Assembly (NCBI RefSeq): GCF_006345805.1 | Contig: NC_043000.1 | Coordinates: 121,892,001 to 121,956,000, forward strand | Direction: 5' to 3' | DNA: 64,000 nucleotides | DNA from: Octopus sinensis | Lineage: Eukaryota | Shown here: positions 11,953 to 25,226 of the stretch, piece by piece | Numbering within the stretch: the first letter of the stretch is position 1 | How the letters are laid out: each line of letters opens with the position of its first letter | Program-made: the position numbers and the translations under genes | Notes under the pieces: model-generated | The model's database searches: none | What the model saw: the letters and a program-made list of their open reading frames with translations, nothing else | What the model was told of the DNA's origin: nothing

Positions 11953-14900
11953 TATTTTCAAGATTAATGCCATTTGGACTCTAAACTTATTTTGCCCTTC
12001 CTCGTAGAAAAATGGCTCAAACTAAATCCCTTGAAAGGTGAGACAATTTAACATTCGCCGTGAATAACCAAAATCTATAGGCCTGCTCTACACTTGTCTT
12101 CTGGAGCTAGCTATCACATTGCTCATTCTTGCTTTTATTCTCTACTCCTGCTTCCATTTGTCTCTCACCTAAATTTGGCCGAATATATTTCCTAACATTA
12201 TGCAACTTCATCAAACATCATTCCAAGTTCTCTGATAGTATTAGTCATGCAAATGTTTAGTAAGTTGACGTCTAAGAGTTTCCATTTAGTTCTACAATAA
12301 TTCTATTTACCAGCAGCAGCAGCAGTAAATGCAAGAATACTTGCAATACCAACTGAATGGAAAATGTTCTGTTAACCTATCTTGTTGAGAAAGAAAATAT
12401 CTAAAGATGCTTAAGTTTGAATATTTAATCTTTTCTGAAAATATAATTTTGGTATACTTTTGATGTTAATTAATTAAGCCGATATCCAGTTACAAAATCT
12501 TTAATTGAGCCTACCATAAAATTGCCTGAAATTCCTTCAAATCAGTGTAAGTCTTTAAAAAAGCGCAGTGTAGAATGGATAGCGCTAGATTCACTAAATC
12601 TGAAACAAAAATAGCAATGCTACTACCGGAAATTTATTGATTAACTTACAACAAACACATTTATCCGGTTTATATTGCAAGTTTCATTGAATATATAAAT
12701 TATTTCGCCGTCTAGGCATAACACATTGATCATTAATAATAAGTAATATTAGCTAACATACTTAGTATTAATTTGGTTTGTAATAACACCGCATGTATTT
12801 AGCGAAAGATGCGTTAATGATTTTGATAAAGATTTACCTTGATCAAGACAACGACGCACCATTGGAATGTATTTGTATTTTAAACTGATTCAATCACTTG
12901 AGATATCCTGTCTTGCTTCAGTCTATCATGCATGCAACAATGGGGAAATCTGTTTCGCGAAGAATACTTACAACGTCTAATCGATTCTAGCCATTTTAGC
13001 TGTGTTAAAAGTAAATCTTAATCATTTGTGATGTTATGCAAACTGACACATCGATTGCAATTCACGTCTCATAGGACCGGATGCAGTGGTCGAAGTTAAC
13101 TGAAAACTGTCTGTCGGGCTGTGTTTAGAAAGATTTAGAATAAATCCTATTTCAAGACATAATAAGGAATAATAAGGAAGTTCTCAATTTTATCATGTAC
13201 AAGAAGTCAATACGTGAAACATCTAGTAAAGAGTGATAGAAATATAATTAAGTCAAAGAGCATTCTCTTCTGGATCAATGAAAGAATGAGAAAAGCGTTG
13301 GTGCAAAATAAGGCCCTTCAACTTTATATAACCTATGAATAATCAATAAGACTTATTTCAAAGCCAACCATGACCTATGCTGGCATTTTCGCGCAGTGGA
13401 AATGTCGTTCGTTGCTTTCTGATACCGTTGTTTATACGCATTGATATTTGGTTTAAACAATTACCATTATACTGTGACTTCTGTTAATCAAGGCAACTGT
13501 AACGTATAAGAAAGAAGCAAACGAAGATGGTCTTCAAAGCAAGTTGCTATATATAAGCTTAAACTGTATCAGTTGCCGGTGTCTAAGGTTGCGAAATCCT
13601 TGATATTGAGAAGAATGGAATTATCGCTTAAGTAACGCCGTGTTACCGTGATTGTTCTGTTTCGGAATAATAGCGTTTCCAAGGTTTGCAGATTAAACTG
13701 TATTACTACAACATGCGATTCAGTGTAAGATTATGGATTTGTCCGTAACCATTAACTAGCTAAAGTAAAATAGTGACTACTCACTTGCATGAGGAAGGTC
13801 AAAGGACGATATACAAACGGGAGATGCTGCTGTCTTGCAAAGTGGATTAAGGACAATGTGAGTAAATGTGTACTTACAGCTGAAAAGGTTTTCCGAAGGA
13901 GCATCTGCTTCAGCTTACACCCGGAAGGACAAATGAATCCATAATGCAACACATTCAAGGATGAGAACCCTAAGGGAACGACTTCGCTCTTTGAGTCAGT
14001 ATTGTCTGTCAATGAAATTGACGAATATTTCTAACACGTTTTGTGTCCCTTTATCAGTAAATTCAACCGTGGAACACTGTCCAATACTGATAATCCTTAT
14101 GTGTAAACTACTGACATAATTTGCCTAAAAGTCTATCGAAGTATACTTGAGATGCCACTTATAGTGTAAACATTTAAAGGACACATTATCATGGTTGAAC
14201 AAGATAATGCTAAAACTGTAAGTGTGTGCCCCACTTTCTCGCAAATCATTAGATCACCGCATCAGTAACCATAATGCTCTGAGCACGCCGTGCGAGTTAC
14301 TTAGCATAACAGTACCTGGTGTGTCTTGCTGATACTGCCGTGCAATGCACTCACAAGTTACAGAAATCTAACAAGAGGTGACTGCATTGACTCGTTACTT
14401 GAAGTAAAATCATTACTAAAAACGGGAGGCATGTGAAAGACTTCACGAAAAGCACAACTTTGCTGCGATCAATAGAAAATTTCTCTAAGTTTACGTAAGC
14501 AATGAAACAGTCAGAGTGCGTGGCTAAATAACAAATCACAGTAGTATATTATTATATATGCTCTTATCTGCTGTAGGCGCAGTACTTTCGTCGATGATTT
14601 TAAACGCTACCATCTATATTCCTTCAGTTACAGATAGTAGACTTGGAACAGTAAATTCACTCTCTACCCTTTAGTAAATATACCAATGTACTATCTTCCA
14701 TCAATATCTACTATTCATACATTCCAGTTTACATATATAAATGTGGAGAATGATATTGTATCCTACAAACAAGTCAAACATACGGTACATTCACCACAAC
14801 TATTCCCACCAACTGTTATATCCTTACACTTCTAATATCGTAGTACGATTGTTGCTTCTCTTGAAGCTGTATTACTGAAGCTAATAGGTTCTCCATAATT

Positions 14901-16560
14901 TAACAGTTTGTATGACGCACAAATAGTCATATAACCGATGTGGGCTTCGAGAAATCCTCGTCGCCAAATGTTATATCGTTACGCCTCCAATATCATACTA
15001 CGATTGAAATTATTAACGATAGATAAAGAATACGCTGTAACAGTATTATGACAAGCAAAACAGAAACAGCGGCAGTAACAAACACGCAACGAACCAACAA
15101 TCTTTTACGGACCAAAAATCAAAATGGCCAGCACACCAACTCAAAATGTAAACTGTACTTGAACTTCGAAAACCAAACTACGAACACACGACTACGTTAG
15201 ACCGCTACAACTTATATGTAGTGGTTCTGTCTATTGTCGTCAGAGGGTGTCGTATTCTCATCACAACACCAACACTGATGCAAGAAAACGGAGAAACGTT
15301 TCATGATCTCTTCACAGGCTAGAGATATAACATGACCTGTAGAACATCTGAATTACTTATGTGAAGTTAATAATGCACAAAACTAACATCTTTTGACGAT
15401 GATGGTCGCATTATATTCATGTATATTTAGAGGAGGGATATTCTTAAGAATGTATTTCACTGAATTGAAGAATACAAGTGCCAGTAAATCTATAAAAGTT
15501 AAAAGTGATATTCTAATATTCTTTCCATATGGGGTTCCGATGACATGTCTGCATATATTGCAGTTAAATATTAACTGAATATAGGATTGAATTTTCAATT
15601 TATTTACTACATTGCATGCCAGATACTGGGGCTATTATATTAACAAAAAATAATAACAGCCACAATATATTTCCTCTTAGACCTATTATTGACATTCATC
15701 ATTAGAGTCTCGGTTTTCCTGTTTGCTGATTATTTCTATATACTTACCACTAAGATAAATAACCACCTCTGAGGAGATTTAATATTTTTGAAACATGTAC
15801 CTGTTTTGCTAGTTACCTTGAAGGCATGATACGTACATTTCTCCACTATTTTTACTTTCCAAACATTTTGCGTTGCCGATATAATTGGAATAATCTTTAT
15901 TTTGCTTTTCGTTTTTAGATTTTAGACGCCACCCCTGAAGGTGGAATATGTCTATTGATTGTATGTTTGATTATTTCAGTTAATGGAAGCTTTTCAACTG
16001 TCTACATTGCATATGCGAGACCATTCTACGTATATTTGTTATGTACAACGTCCTTCTGATATGTATTTTCCCTCAGGTCTATTCATATGTGGTATGATGC
16101 TTTTCACAACAGATCTGTTCCTTCGACGGAAAACATTACAGAAATAATTAGCTGTGTCTACTCTATGTTAACGACATTCAATGCAGTTTCATACCGTTAA
16201 ATATTGAGGTAAGAGTAATTACAGTGTGATCAAAGTAACAGAGAGATTTGTAAGAAATAAACTTGTTTATGTTTTACGCCACCCATACCTAGTATTCGAA
16301 TGCGATATTGCCCGGCAATAGCAATGGTTAAGTAGAGAAGTATTTCTATTTATCTATACCTCTATACAAGAGTTTGTATTTTATTTTCGAAATCGCACTC
16401 CGTAGAATTAAAAGATTTAAGTTTTGAGATACTGATTATTGATATTATAAAAAATATAAAACTCAAAATCCTATTAAAAACCACTCCTAGGTTGTATATA
16501 AGGAGATATTTATATGAAAGAAAGTTTTGGGTTATGGATAAATATAAAATTTCCTATATC

Positions 16561-16792
16561 TATTTCTTTACTACCCACAAGGGGCCATACACAGAGAGGA
16601 CAAACAAGGAGAGACAAACGGATTAAATCGATTATATCGACCCAATGCGTAACTGTTACCTATTTAATCGACTCCGAAAGGATAAAAGGCAAAGTCGACC
16701 TCGGCAGAATTTGAACTCAGAACGTAACGGCAGACGAAATACGGCTACGCATTTCGCCCGACGTGCTAACATTTCTGCCAGCTCGCCGCCTT
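16561..16792 (-). mobile_element. SINE family B, full length
   Basis: Head GGCGGCGAGCTGGCAGAAA, B-box GAGTTCAAATTC, tail ...GTGGGTAGTAAAGAAATA. Confidence 0.93.
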
Positions 16793-17318
16793 CAAAATTT
16801 CGTATATCAGCATTCATAATGTGATTCGTGCGTTTACAGGACCTTTGTAAATTATAATTCTTCGTGAGGAAAAACAACAAAAGATTGCCATGCTTTTTAC
16901 GGGAACTAGCAGAAATACATAACCGACTTCAGTATTCATTCATCTAAGCGCAAGAAAAGTATTGATATTATCTAAAATGTTCCGATCGAAGAGACGATTC
17001 TACTGTTAAAATGCAACCATAAAAATCTGTAAGCTTCAAAATGGCTTTAGGCTATAACTATTGCAAAATTCGGAAATAGCTTGTGAATGCAATATTTCGA
17101 AAGCCTTAAAGTGATTTCAGACTATACGTTATGCATTTGAGGGAAAACGAAAGATGTGTGACCTTTATTGCTTACTATGATTGCGACCCGCTCTTTTTAC
17201 TGAGCGTCTTATTAATACTTTACATGTGCTCCGTTCCCACGTTGTTGATTTTTTCTGGTTGTCTCTTTCTCCGTTTTCTTTATAGGTATATATATATATA
17301 TATATATAGATAGATATA

Positions 17319-17350
<32 letters not shown>

Positions 17351-17712
17351 TAGATAGATAGATAGATAGAGAGAGTGAGAGAGAGACAGTTAGATAGATA
17401 GGTGTATACACACACAAAAACACTCACACACATATATATATAACTGAAGAAAAAGAAAATAGAGATTAGGAACTTAATTTTTTTATTATTAATAGTAAAT
17501 CAATCATCATCCCGTACAGCTGTTTCAATTAATACTCAGTAAATAGAAAGTAAATATTAAATTAATATGAAGTATATATATATAATGAATAGGTTGGTAG
17601 GCCAGGTTCAACAAAAAGAGTACTCTATCCAACGAGAGTTAAAACTTTTTTCTATGAACACCTCACTTGTATGACGCACGCGTGGAACATACTCATGAAC
17701 TGGTCCTTAAAA

Positions 17713-17748
<36 letters not shown>

Positions 17749-17750
<2 letters not shown>

Positions 17751-17965
17751 CTTCTACCGACAAAAATCGGGGATTGCGAAGGGCACACGAATGGCCCCCT
17801 CCTTTGCCAACCTAGTCATAGGATATCTAGAGATCGGTCTGTATCGTAAGGTTCTAGAAATATATGGCAGCCCTTTTTCCATCTACATAGAAAACAACTG
17901 GAAGAGATATCTAGATGACTGTTTCATTCTTTGGCATAAAAATATAGAAAAACTCAAGGAACTGA
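17749..17965 (+). pseudogene. PLE reverse transcriptase fragment (motifs 4-5)
   Basis: NFYRQKSGIAKGTRMAPSFANLVIGYLE...WKRYLDDCFILW. The sequence then jumps directly to the RT-EN linker. Confidence 0.9.
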
Positions 17966-18092
17966 GACATCCCAAATCAAAGAAAAACTTACGACCAAAA
18001 GCCTTACCATACATCTCCACACAAAACCCTCTCAATAATGAAGCCTTCGGCACCATCCTCCACAACATACCCCTCCTAAAACAAAACACAGA

Positions 18093-18619
18093 ATGAACAC
18101 AATCCTCCAAACACACACGATCATAAAAAGCAAGAGACAGCCTAAATCTATGAAAAGTCTCCTAACACAAGCCCGAATACACTCTTCAACACAGAAGCCG
18201 ACAGTAAAAAAATGTGGAAGACCCAATTGCAGGATATGCGATTATCTAATTGAGGGATCAGAGTTCTCCTTCAAACAGGGACAACGGTTTACAGTGAAAA
18301 GCAACTTCACATGTGCTTCGGAGAACCTAATATACTCACTAACCTGCTCCGGGTGTCAAGAGCAGTACATAGACCAAACAAAAAATAGTTTGCGTAAAAG
18401 AATGGCCCTGCACAGATCCCAGATAAAAATTCCCCAAAACAGAAAAATAGCTTTCAGCCAACACATAGCTACTTGCGCCAACAACAAAACACCAGGCTTC
18501 AGGATTTCCCCCTCTACCAATTTAGGGACGATACAACCTCGAGACAACGAATAAGTAAAGAATCTCTCTTTATTACAAAATACAGGCCACTTCTTAACGG
18601 GTCTACGACAAACGATTAA
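18093..18619 (+). pseudogene. PLE linker plus GIY-YIG endonuclease (frameshifted)
   Basis: KCGRPNCRIC zinc-finger-like linker, FTCASENLIYSLTCSGCQEQYIDQTKNSLRKRMALH, and a frameshifted ending RISKESLFITKYRPLLNG. Confidence 0.92.
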
Positions 18620-18759
18620 TATACCTCAACTTTAGAATAAAAGAAATACACACACAAATATTACATTCCAAACAATCCATTACAAATCAGCCCCAATCAC
18701 AGCTATAATCCATAAGGTGCCAACTTCAAGTCATACAACACCTCACTACTTTCACCCAT

Positions 18760-18962
18760 TCATATTCTCCCTTCTCTTTTTTCTTCTTCTTCCTCTTCTT
18801 CTTCATCATCATCATTATCATCATCATCGTGGTCATCATCATCACCATCATCATCATCTTCTTCTTCTCTTTCTCCTTCTTCTTCTTCTTCTTCTTCATC
18901 ATCATCATCATCATCAACATCGTCATCTTCTTCTTCTTCTTCTTCTTCTTCTTCTTCTTCTC
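18760..18962. repeat. compound (CTT)n/(CAT)n trinucleotide tract inside the PLE 3' region
   Basis: Alternating CTT and CAT runs visible directly. Confidence 0.9.
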
Positions 18963-19304
18963 CACCTTCTACCTCTTAACTTTATCACTAATGCTTTTTA
19001 GTATAACACCTACGAAAATCCCATAAACAAACCTTTCAATAGAAATATTCTCCTGAATTGAACTGCAACTGCTAGCCGCCACTGACCATTCAAAATACGA
19101 CCATCAAGGCACTCCCAAATTTTTCCACCCCCTCTCCTCATCAACCTTCTTCTTCTACCCTACCAAGAATTCACAACGGCCTCGAACACACAAGTGCAAA
19201 CAAGGGAGACAGAGAAAGGCAGAATTCCACTTATATTTGAACACTATACAAATATTCCTTTAAAAAAACTTTTCTTTTAATTTTTCTAAATTTAATTATT
19301 TAAT

Positions 19305-19352
19305 CGTTACAGTTGAAAAGGTCTCAAAATGACCGAAACCGGTACTGAAATG
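19305..19352 (+). ncRNA. minimal type-I hammerhead ribozyme (U3-A8 core variant)
   Basis: cgttacag-UUGAAAA-GGUC(ucaaaau)GACC-GAA-ACCGGU-A|cugaaaug. Stem I is 8 bp with one mismatch, stem III is the palindrome ACCGGU, and the cleavage triplet is GUA. Confidence 0.75.
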
Positions 19353-19437
19353 TTCTTTATAAAATTATTTTAGCATTTTCTATTTTGACTTGTTTTTTCA
19401 TATATATCAACTCGTGTGTTCCTTTTCACCCTTATAT

Positions 19438-19544
<107 letters not shown>

Positions 19545-19897
19545 ATATAACACAAACTAACATATGACCAACGTTGAACCCCTTATTCGCAAAATCACCA
19601 AACCTGGAAATTAACTGTGATCTGTCTATGGAGCTTATTCAGCATTACCTTTGGGTCTCAATGACACCATTACCTATTATATCATATATATATAATACTT
19701 ATTGCATTTAGCATAGTATCATCTGTTGTTCTCTATGCTATTGCTGTATTGCCAAATTCCAAATTGGGTCACGTAACATTACAGTTGAACACAAAGTCAA
19801 CAAGTAAGCATAACCTTATTCAAATAAAGATGTAAGTCAATGCTAGACGGTATCACATTAATATATCCCTTTTAATATATGTAATTCCTCTGGTGGC

Positions 19898-20010
19898 CGG
19901 CTTAGAGGTCGACTTTGCTTTTCATGATTTGGAAGTCGATAAAATAATATCAGTTGAACATTGGGGGTCGACGTAATCGACTCGCCCCTTCTACGAAATT
20001 TGAACCAATA
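19898..20010 (+). mobile_element. old SINE B-related fragment
   Basis: GAGGTCGACTTTGCTTTTCAT...GTCGATAAAATAA...GGGGTCGACGTAATCGAC matches the family B body. Confidence 0.7.
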
Positions 20011-20409
20011 ATGCGATTTTTAGCAACAAAAATGGTACGAGTAGAGCGGCATATGTAGTGTCAAACATATGTAGCTTCCTTGTGGTAATTTATAGTACCT
20101 AATACGTATCGTCAGCACACGCAACGATACACACAGACACGCAAGCACACACACACACTCGTATTTGTAATGTTTGTACAAATCGAAACGCAACCAAGAT
20201 ATTCACAAAGACATTTCGGAAACGGGGGCTAGAATGTATATTTATGTGCATTGCGCATTTACAGTTGTCGGTATATACTTGACCACACAAATATAAGCTG
20301 CTATATAGGAATTCGTCGGTGCGTATGTAATCTAAATGAACACATTTAGTATTTTAGCATGGTTGTTATGGAAACAGTTAATGACATCAAATCTTATATA
20401 CAAAAGCAT

Positions 20410-20413
20410 AGAC

Positions 20414-20476
<63 letters not shown>

Positions 20477-20550
20477 CAGATAATACAAAGATAGATAGAT
20501 AGATGGACAGATAGATAGATAGATAGATAGATGGATAGATATACATATAT

Positions 20551-20596
<46 letters not shown>

Positions 20597-20630
20597 TGTA
20601 TGTATGTATACACACACACACACACACACG
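20410..20630. repeat. compound (AGAT)n/(TA)n/(CA)n microsatellite
   Basis: Visible directly. Similar (AGAT)n tracts occur at about 17310-17400, 47510-47608 and 48165-48245. Confidence 0.9.
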
Positions 20631-21767
20631 CATATATACGGTGAGAGAGAAGCAAGCACACAGGTAAAGACATGCAAGAAGAGCATCCCTGTGTAATAGA
20701 AGACTGGATGCGAATATTACCACCACTCTCACATCTTGATATCTACATAGCTGGGTGTAGAAGCGAATGATTGCAGAAGACGTTAGTTCTTTAGCGAATT
20801 GTCACAAGATTTTTAGCTAAAAATCTGCTTTCATATATATTATTACAGAAACCAGAATCTGACGTCTTTCAATTCGTTGTCTTTCACACTGTGATATGCC
20901 CGTTAGGCTAACTTCGGTTAACTTTATATGTATTTATTCAGATTAATATCAATATCACCTCGGGATTTCTACGGGACGCAACATGAAAAATGCAAAAGAG
21001 AAATGAATAAAAGATAATGGTAGTAATATTTTTATTATGTATTTTATTTATTTTTGTTTTTGTTACAATTTTTTTTTCTGTTTTGATATGGCAAAAGTAA
21101 TAACATCTTATTAATTCTTTACTCCGTTGCGTTTCCTCACCAATACTTCTAATACCAGTAAATATACACATATGTGCGCATATACACACGGGTACATACA
21201 ACCACCACCATTACTTCGACTGACAAAAATGCAACCACTATCAAAACATCACACATAACACGGCATCAAACCAATAACTATACCCACAAAATTACAAGTG
21301 ACAATCTTATTCTTTTCATTTCAACCTTTTCATGAATATGTAATATTTTCCCCATTCCAATCCATAAGTTTGATGATTCAACATCACTGATAAAACAATC
21401 TCCAATATAATGTAGCCTTACAAAATGGAAAACGTAAAGAAGATGCTATGAAGCCTACCACGACTATCACCATCAATAAGAAGAAAACCTATAACTGTTC
21501 CTAACCGCTAGAAGTAATAGTCAAAAATTCCATAAATTATTTTTGACTGTCTAAGTAATGAAAAAAGTAGAGTTTTATATGCACTGCTTAGGGAATACGG
21601 CAGACGTGTCGTGGCTGAAACGGCATTGTTAATAAAACTGTTTGCTCTAAACTGCAACTATCATAAAGAGTCACTATTGCCCATGTTACACACACATATA
21701 CATACATATATATATGTATATACAGATGTACACACATATATGCATTTATATATATAAATGTGTGTAT

Positions 21768-21801
<34 letters not shown>

Positions 21802-23469
21802 CATGTGTGTGAATCTATTGCCCGTGTTACACACACACATACACACATATATCCATTTATATGTATAAATGTATATATATATGCATATATATAAATGTGT
21901 ATACATATATATATAAATGTATACACACATATATATATATATATATAAATATATACACACACATATATATACATACATGTGTACATATATATACATATAC
22001 ATAATATGCATGTGAGTATATATAAAATAAGAGAGAGAGTGGGAGAGAGAGAAATATATTTCATGCATATATACTTATACATACATATACATATATATTT
22101 ACATATGTATATTATATAAATAATACGAATTAAAATGACAAAGGGATAATAAATTACGTCAATACAGGCGTTTCTTCTCTAAGATGTATTGCAATCATAT
22201 TTGTATGTTTGTGTAACACCTTATGACTTTATGGAAGCTTCAAACATGAAGGGCAATATTATTTGGGAAAACATTTGTATCTTTATGTATACACAAAGAA
22301 TCATTACCAAAGAAAAAGGCATAAGCATATATAGGAAATGAATTCAGGGGTTTGATGAGAGAGAAGTCCTCCCCAGAAGTGGAAGAAGATTTTATCTATG
22401 TATATGTATAACGTTATGTGTTTGAAGAACTATTCTGGAAAGAAGTTAAAAAGACAAGTAGAAATATGACCTAGAAATATAGATAGATATTAAGAGCCGG
22501 GATCCCAGACAATGTAAGAGGGAAAAAAAGAGGAGAGAGAATAAAGGACACAAAGAAAGAACAAGAGAAGCAGAAATGCGTTTATGAGGACCTATGAAAA
22601 CTGTTCTACACAAGGAATCATATCCATATTGACAAAGCATTATCGCCTGGGCAAAAGGCCCGATAAGTGATATAGCCAATCAATGATTTAATTATGTCTA
22701 TAATTGAAACACGTTGTAACTCTCATAGCCTACGGAATTTATTCCTGGAAGTGATTTTCTTTACCATAAGATGTAATTCCGTGGATTTACGATATCACCT
22801 TGAAATGACATTCTTACAATTCCTTACTATTTCTATTATGTTATTTCTATTTTACTTTATTATTTTACCTTACTTCTCCAGATGTTAGTTTACTAACATT
22901 TGGTCTTTGATGAAGCCTTGGTGGTTCAGCCACTGTCCAACCCCTGTCCAATGTTTGTTCAACATTTGTAAAATCCCAGTAAATCACTGGCGTGATGTGG
23001 AAAAGTTGCAAGATTGGGTAACCCCATGTTAGAAACAGCTGTAAGAGTTTAGTATTTGTTCACTCATTCATCCTTATTTGTTTATTTTACGTATCTCTGT
23101 ACTTATTTATTTGCTTATTTCATTCGTGTATTTGGATCACTCATACATATGACTGTAATCAACTAAAACATAGGTATAACTGAATGTTTACAGGTTGATG
23201 TTTGTCGATTGTTTCTCCTTCCTATTTTCTGATTTCCTTTGTAAATCCTCGGCAAATGTCTGTTGTACCCCAACTTTGCGTAGTATTCAAATGCGATATT
23301 GCCCTGCAATTGGATATAAATACGTAGGTATACATCTAGCAGTATATTGGATATTCACTATCCATAGGATGGTTCCTTAACTTCTAACTCATACAGACAT
23401 GTATAAATGTATATAAATATATATGTAAAGGTATATATATATATATATTATATATATATATTATATATA

Positions 23470-23708
23470 TATATACAACTTATAAACAAGTGCAAAAGAA
23501 AATTATTTCAATGCCAATATGCTGATAACAGACTTATATTATATAAAGGTATATATAAAGGTATATATAAAAGTATGTTATCAGCATATTGGCATTGCAA
23601 TAATTTTCTTTTGCCCTTGTGTATAAGTTGTTTATAATTTTAATCTTTAAAGGTATTTTCATATACTGCCACTTTTTTGATGAATTTTTTTTCTGTAAAA
23701 AAACTTCA

Positions 23709-23710
<2 letters not shown>
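23470..23710. mobile_element. (TA)n-embedded fold-back element (about 61-bp arms plus tail)
   Basis: Arms about 23470-23530 and 23576-23636 (about 4 mismatches). Tail runs to 23710; (TA)n on both sides. Confidence 0.75.
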
Positions 23711-23769
<59 letters not shown>

Positions 23770-24497
23770 TATTTAAATGTATATAAATGTATATATTATA
23801 TATAATATATAAACGAGTACTAAAATGTTGGGTTCAGAGAATCGTGTGGCTAACGCAATATGAACCGCATTCGGACACGTCTAACTCACCACGTTGTAAT
23901 CAACGGCAAACTAATGTAATGTAAAACTTTCCCAGAACTAAAAATAATTCTGAGCGGTATATATAAAATGACAAAATTAGTAGGTATATGAGGCGAATAT
24001 ATATTTAATCAACCACTTGCCTTCAATAGGATTGTGGCCCTTTCGTTTTCGCAATATTCATCATATGATATTAATTTTTGTTAGCCAGAACTTATGCGTT
24101 CAAGTTTACGTGAATATGTGCTCAGCATTATATGATACAACTCTACGTTTACAAATTAATGCTAATACAGAAATCTCTATCTATGTAACTATGGTGTCCA
24201 GGTGATTTAATGAGCAAACTCTCTTTATTTGCATTAATTTGTAAATGTATACAATTATATTATATGATGCTGGGCATGCATATTTATGCAAACATCTACG
24301 CTTAATTTCTTCCATACTGAAATCAATACGACATTATGAAGAGCGCAATATGGCCTTAATCCTACGGAAGTCATGTGGATAAAGATATCTTTATTCAGCG
24401 TTTATACCTCTTGAATTTACATTTGTACAGAAGTTCACAAGGGCACATTCTCACACACACATGTACACACACACAGACAAAGTGACCCACACGCATG

Positions 24498-24584
<87 letters not shown>

Positions 24585-25009
24585 TGTGTATATGTGTGTG
24601 TGTGTAAGGTAAAATTAAAGTTTAAAGTTTAATTTAAAATTTAACTATTAGCTTTGTCCCTAGTAGTATACCGATAAAGCACGTTGGATGGTTATGGCTA
24701 CCTGGTATCATCCACGGTAATGGCTCAGTCGTCGTGGGATCTACATTAGCAATAAGTCGGTGTACACTGATTAAAAGAGAAACGATGAATACAGAAGATA
24801 GATATACTGGATATTTTATTTATCACAACGATCGTTTCAACACATCCTGCATCATTCCCTCGAGGGAGGAAAACTATAGAAGACATTTCGGCGCATTCCA
24901 TGGTGTTATAACGTCTCATCAGGTGACGTAATACGGTTTCTCGTTGCACAAGTAATGTTTCGCTCATAAGAACAACTAGAGCATATGGATAGTAGTCGTA
25001 GCTAAAATA

Positions 25010-25215
25010 CATTCGGAGAATAGTTAGCACGCTAGATGCAATGTTTACTTGCATTTCGACCGTGATTACTCCGTGAGTTGAAATTCAAACGAAGTCGACT
25101 TTGCCTTTCTTCGTTTCAGGGTCGAGTTAATAACTACCAGTTGAACACTGAGTCGATTTAATCAATTTATTCTCTCCCTCGAAACTGCAGACAATGTGCC
25201 AAACATTTGACATCG
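25010..25215 (+). mobile_element. diverged SINE B-related copy with alternative 3' end
   Basis: GAGTTGAAATTC...GTCGACTTTGCCTTT...GGGTCGAG...ACCAGTTGAACACTG. Confidence 0.65.
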
Positions 25216-25226
25216 TATTACGTTAA

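Larger units (their letters stand above)
17700..19434 (+). mobile_element. Penelope-like element (probably Neptune-type), 5'-truncated and internally deleted
   Basis: RT motifs, Cys-rich linker, GIY-YIG endonuclease, C-rich 3' region and a hammerhead fold in that order. The 3' end abuts (TA)n. Confidence 0.92.

Noticed and set aside
15769-15806. CTGAGGA...GAAACATGTA hammerhead look-alike with palindromic ACATGT
   Set aside because: Stem I cannot pair (ACCT versus CCTG) and stem II is marginal, so this is most likely chance.
18717-19026. His/Leu-rich and poly-Lys/Met ORFs
   Set aside because: These are (CTT)n/(CAT)n repeats inside the PLE 3' region.
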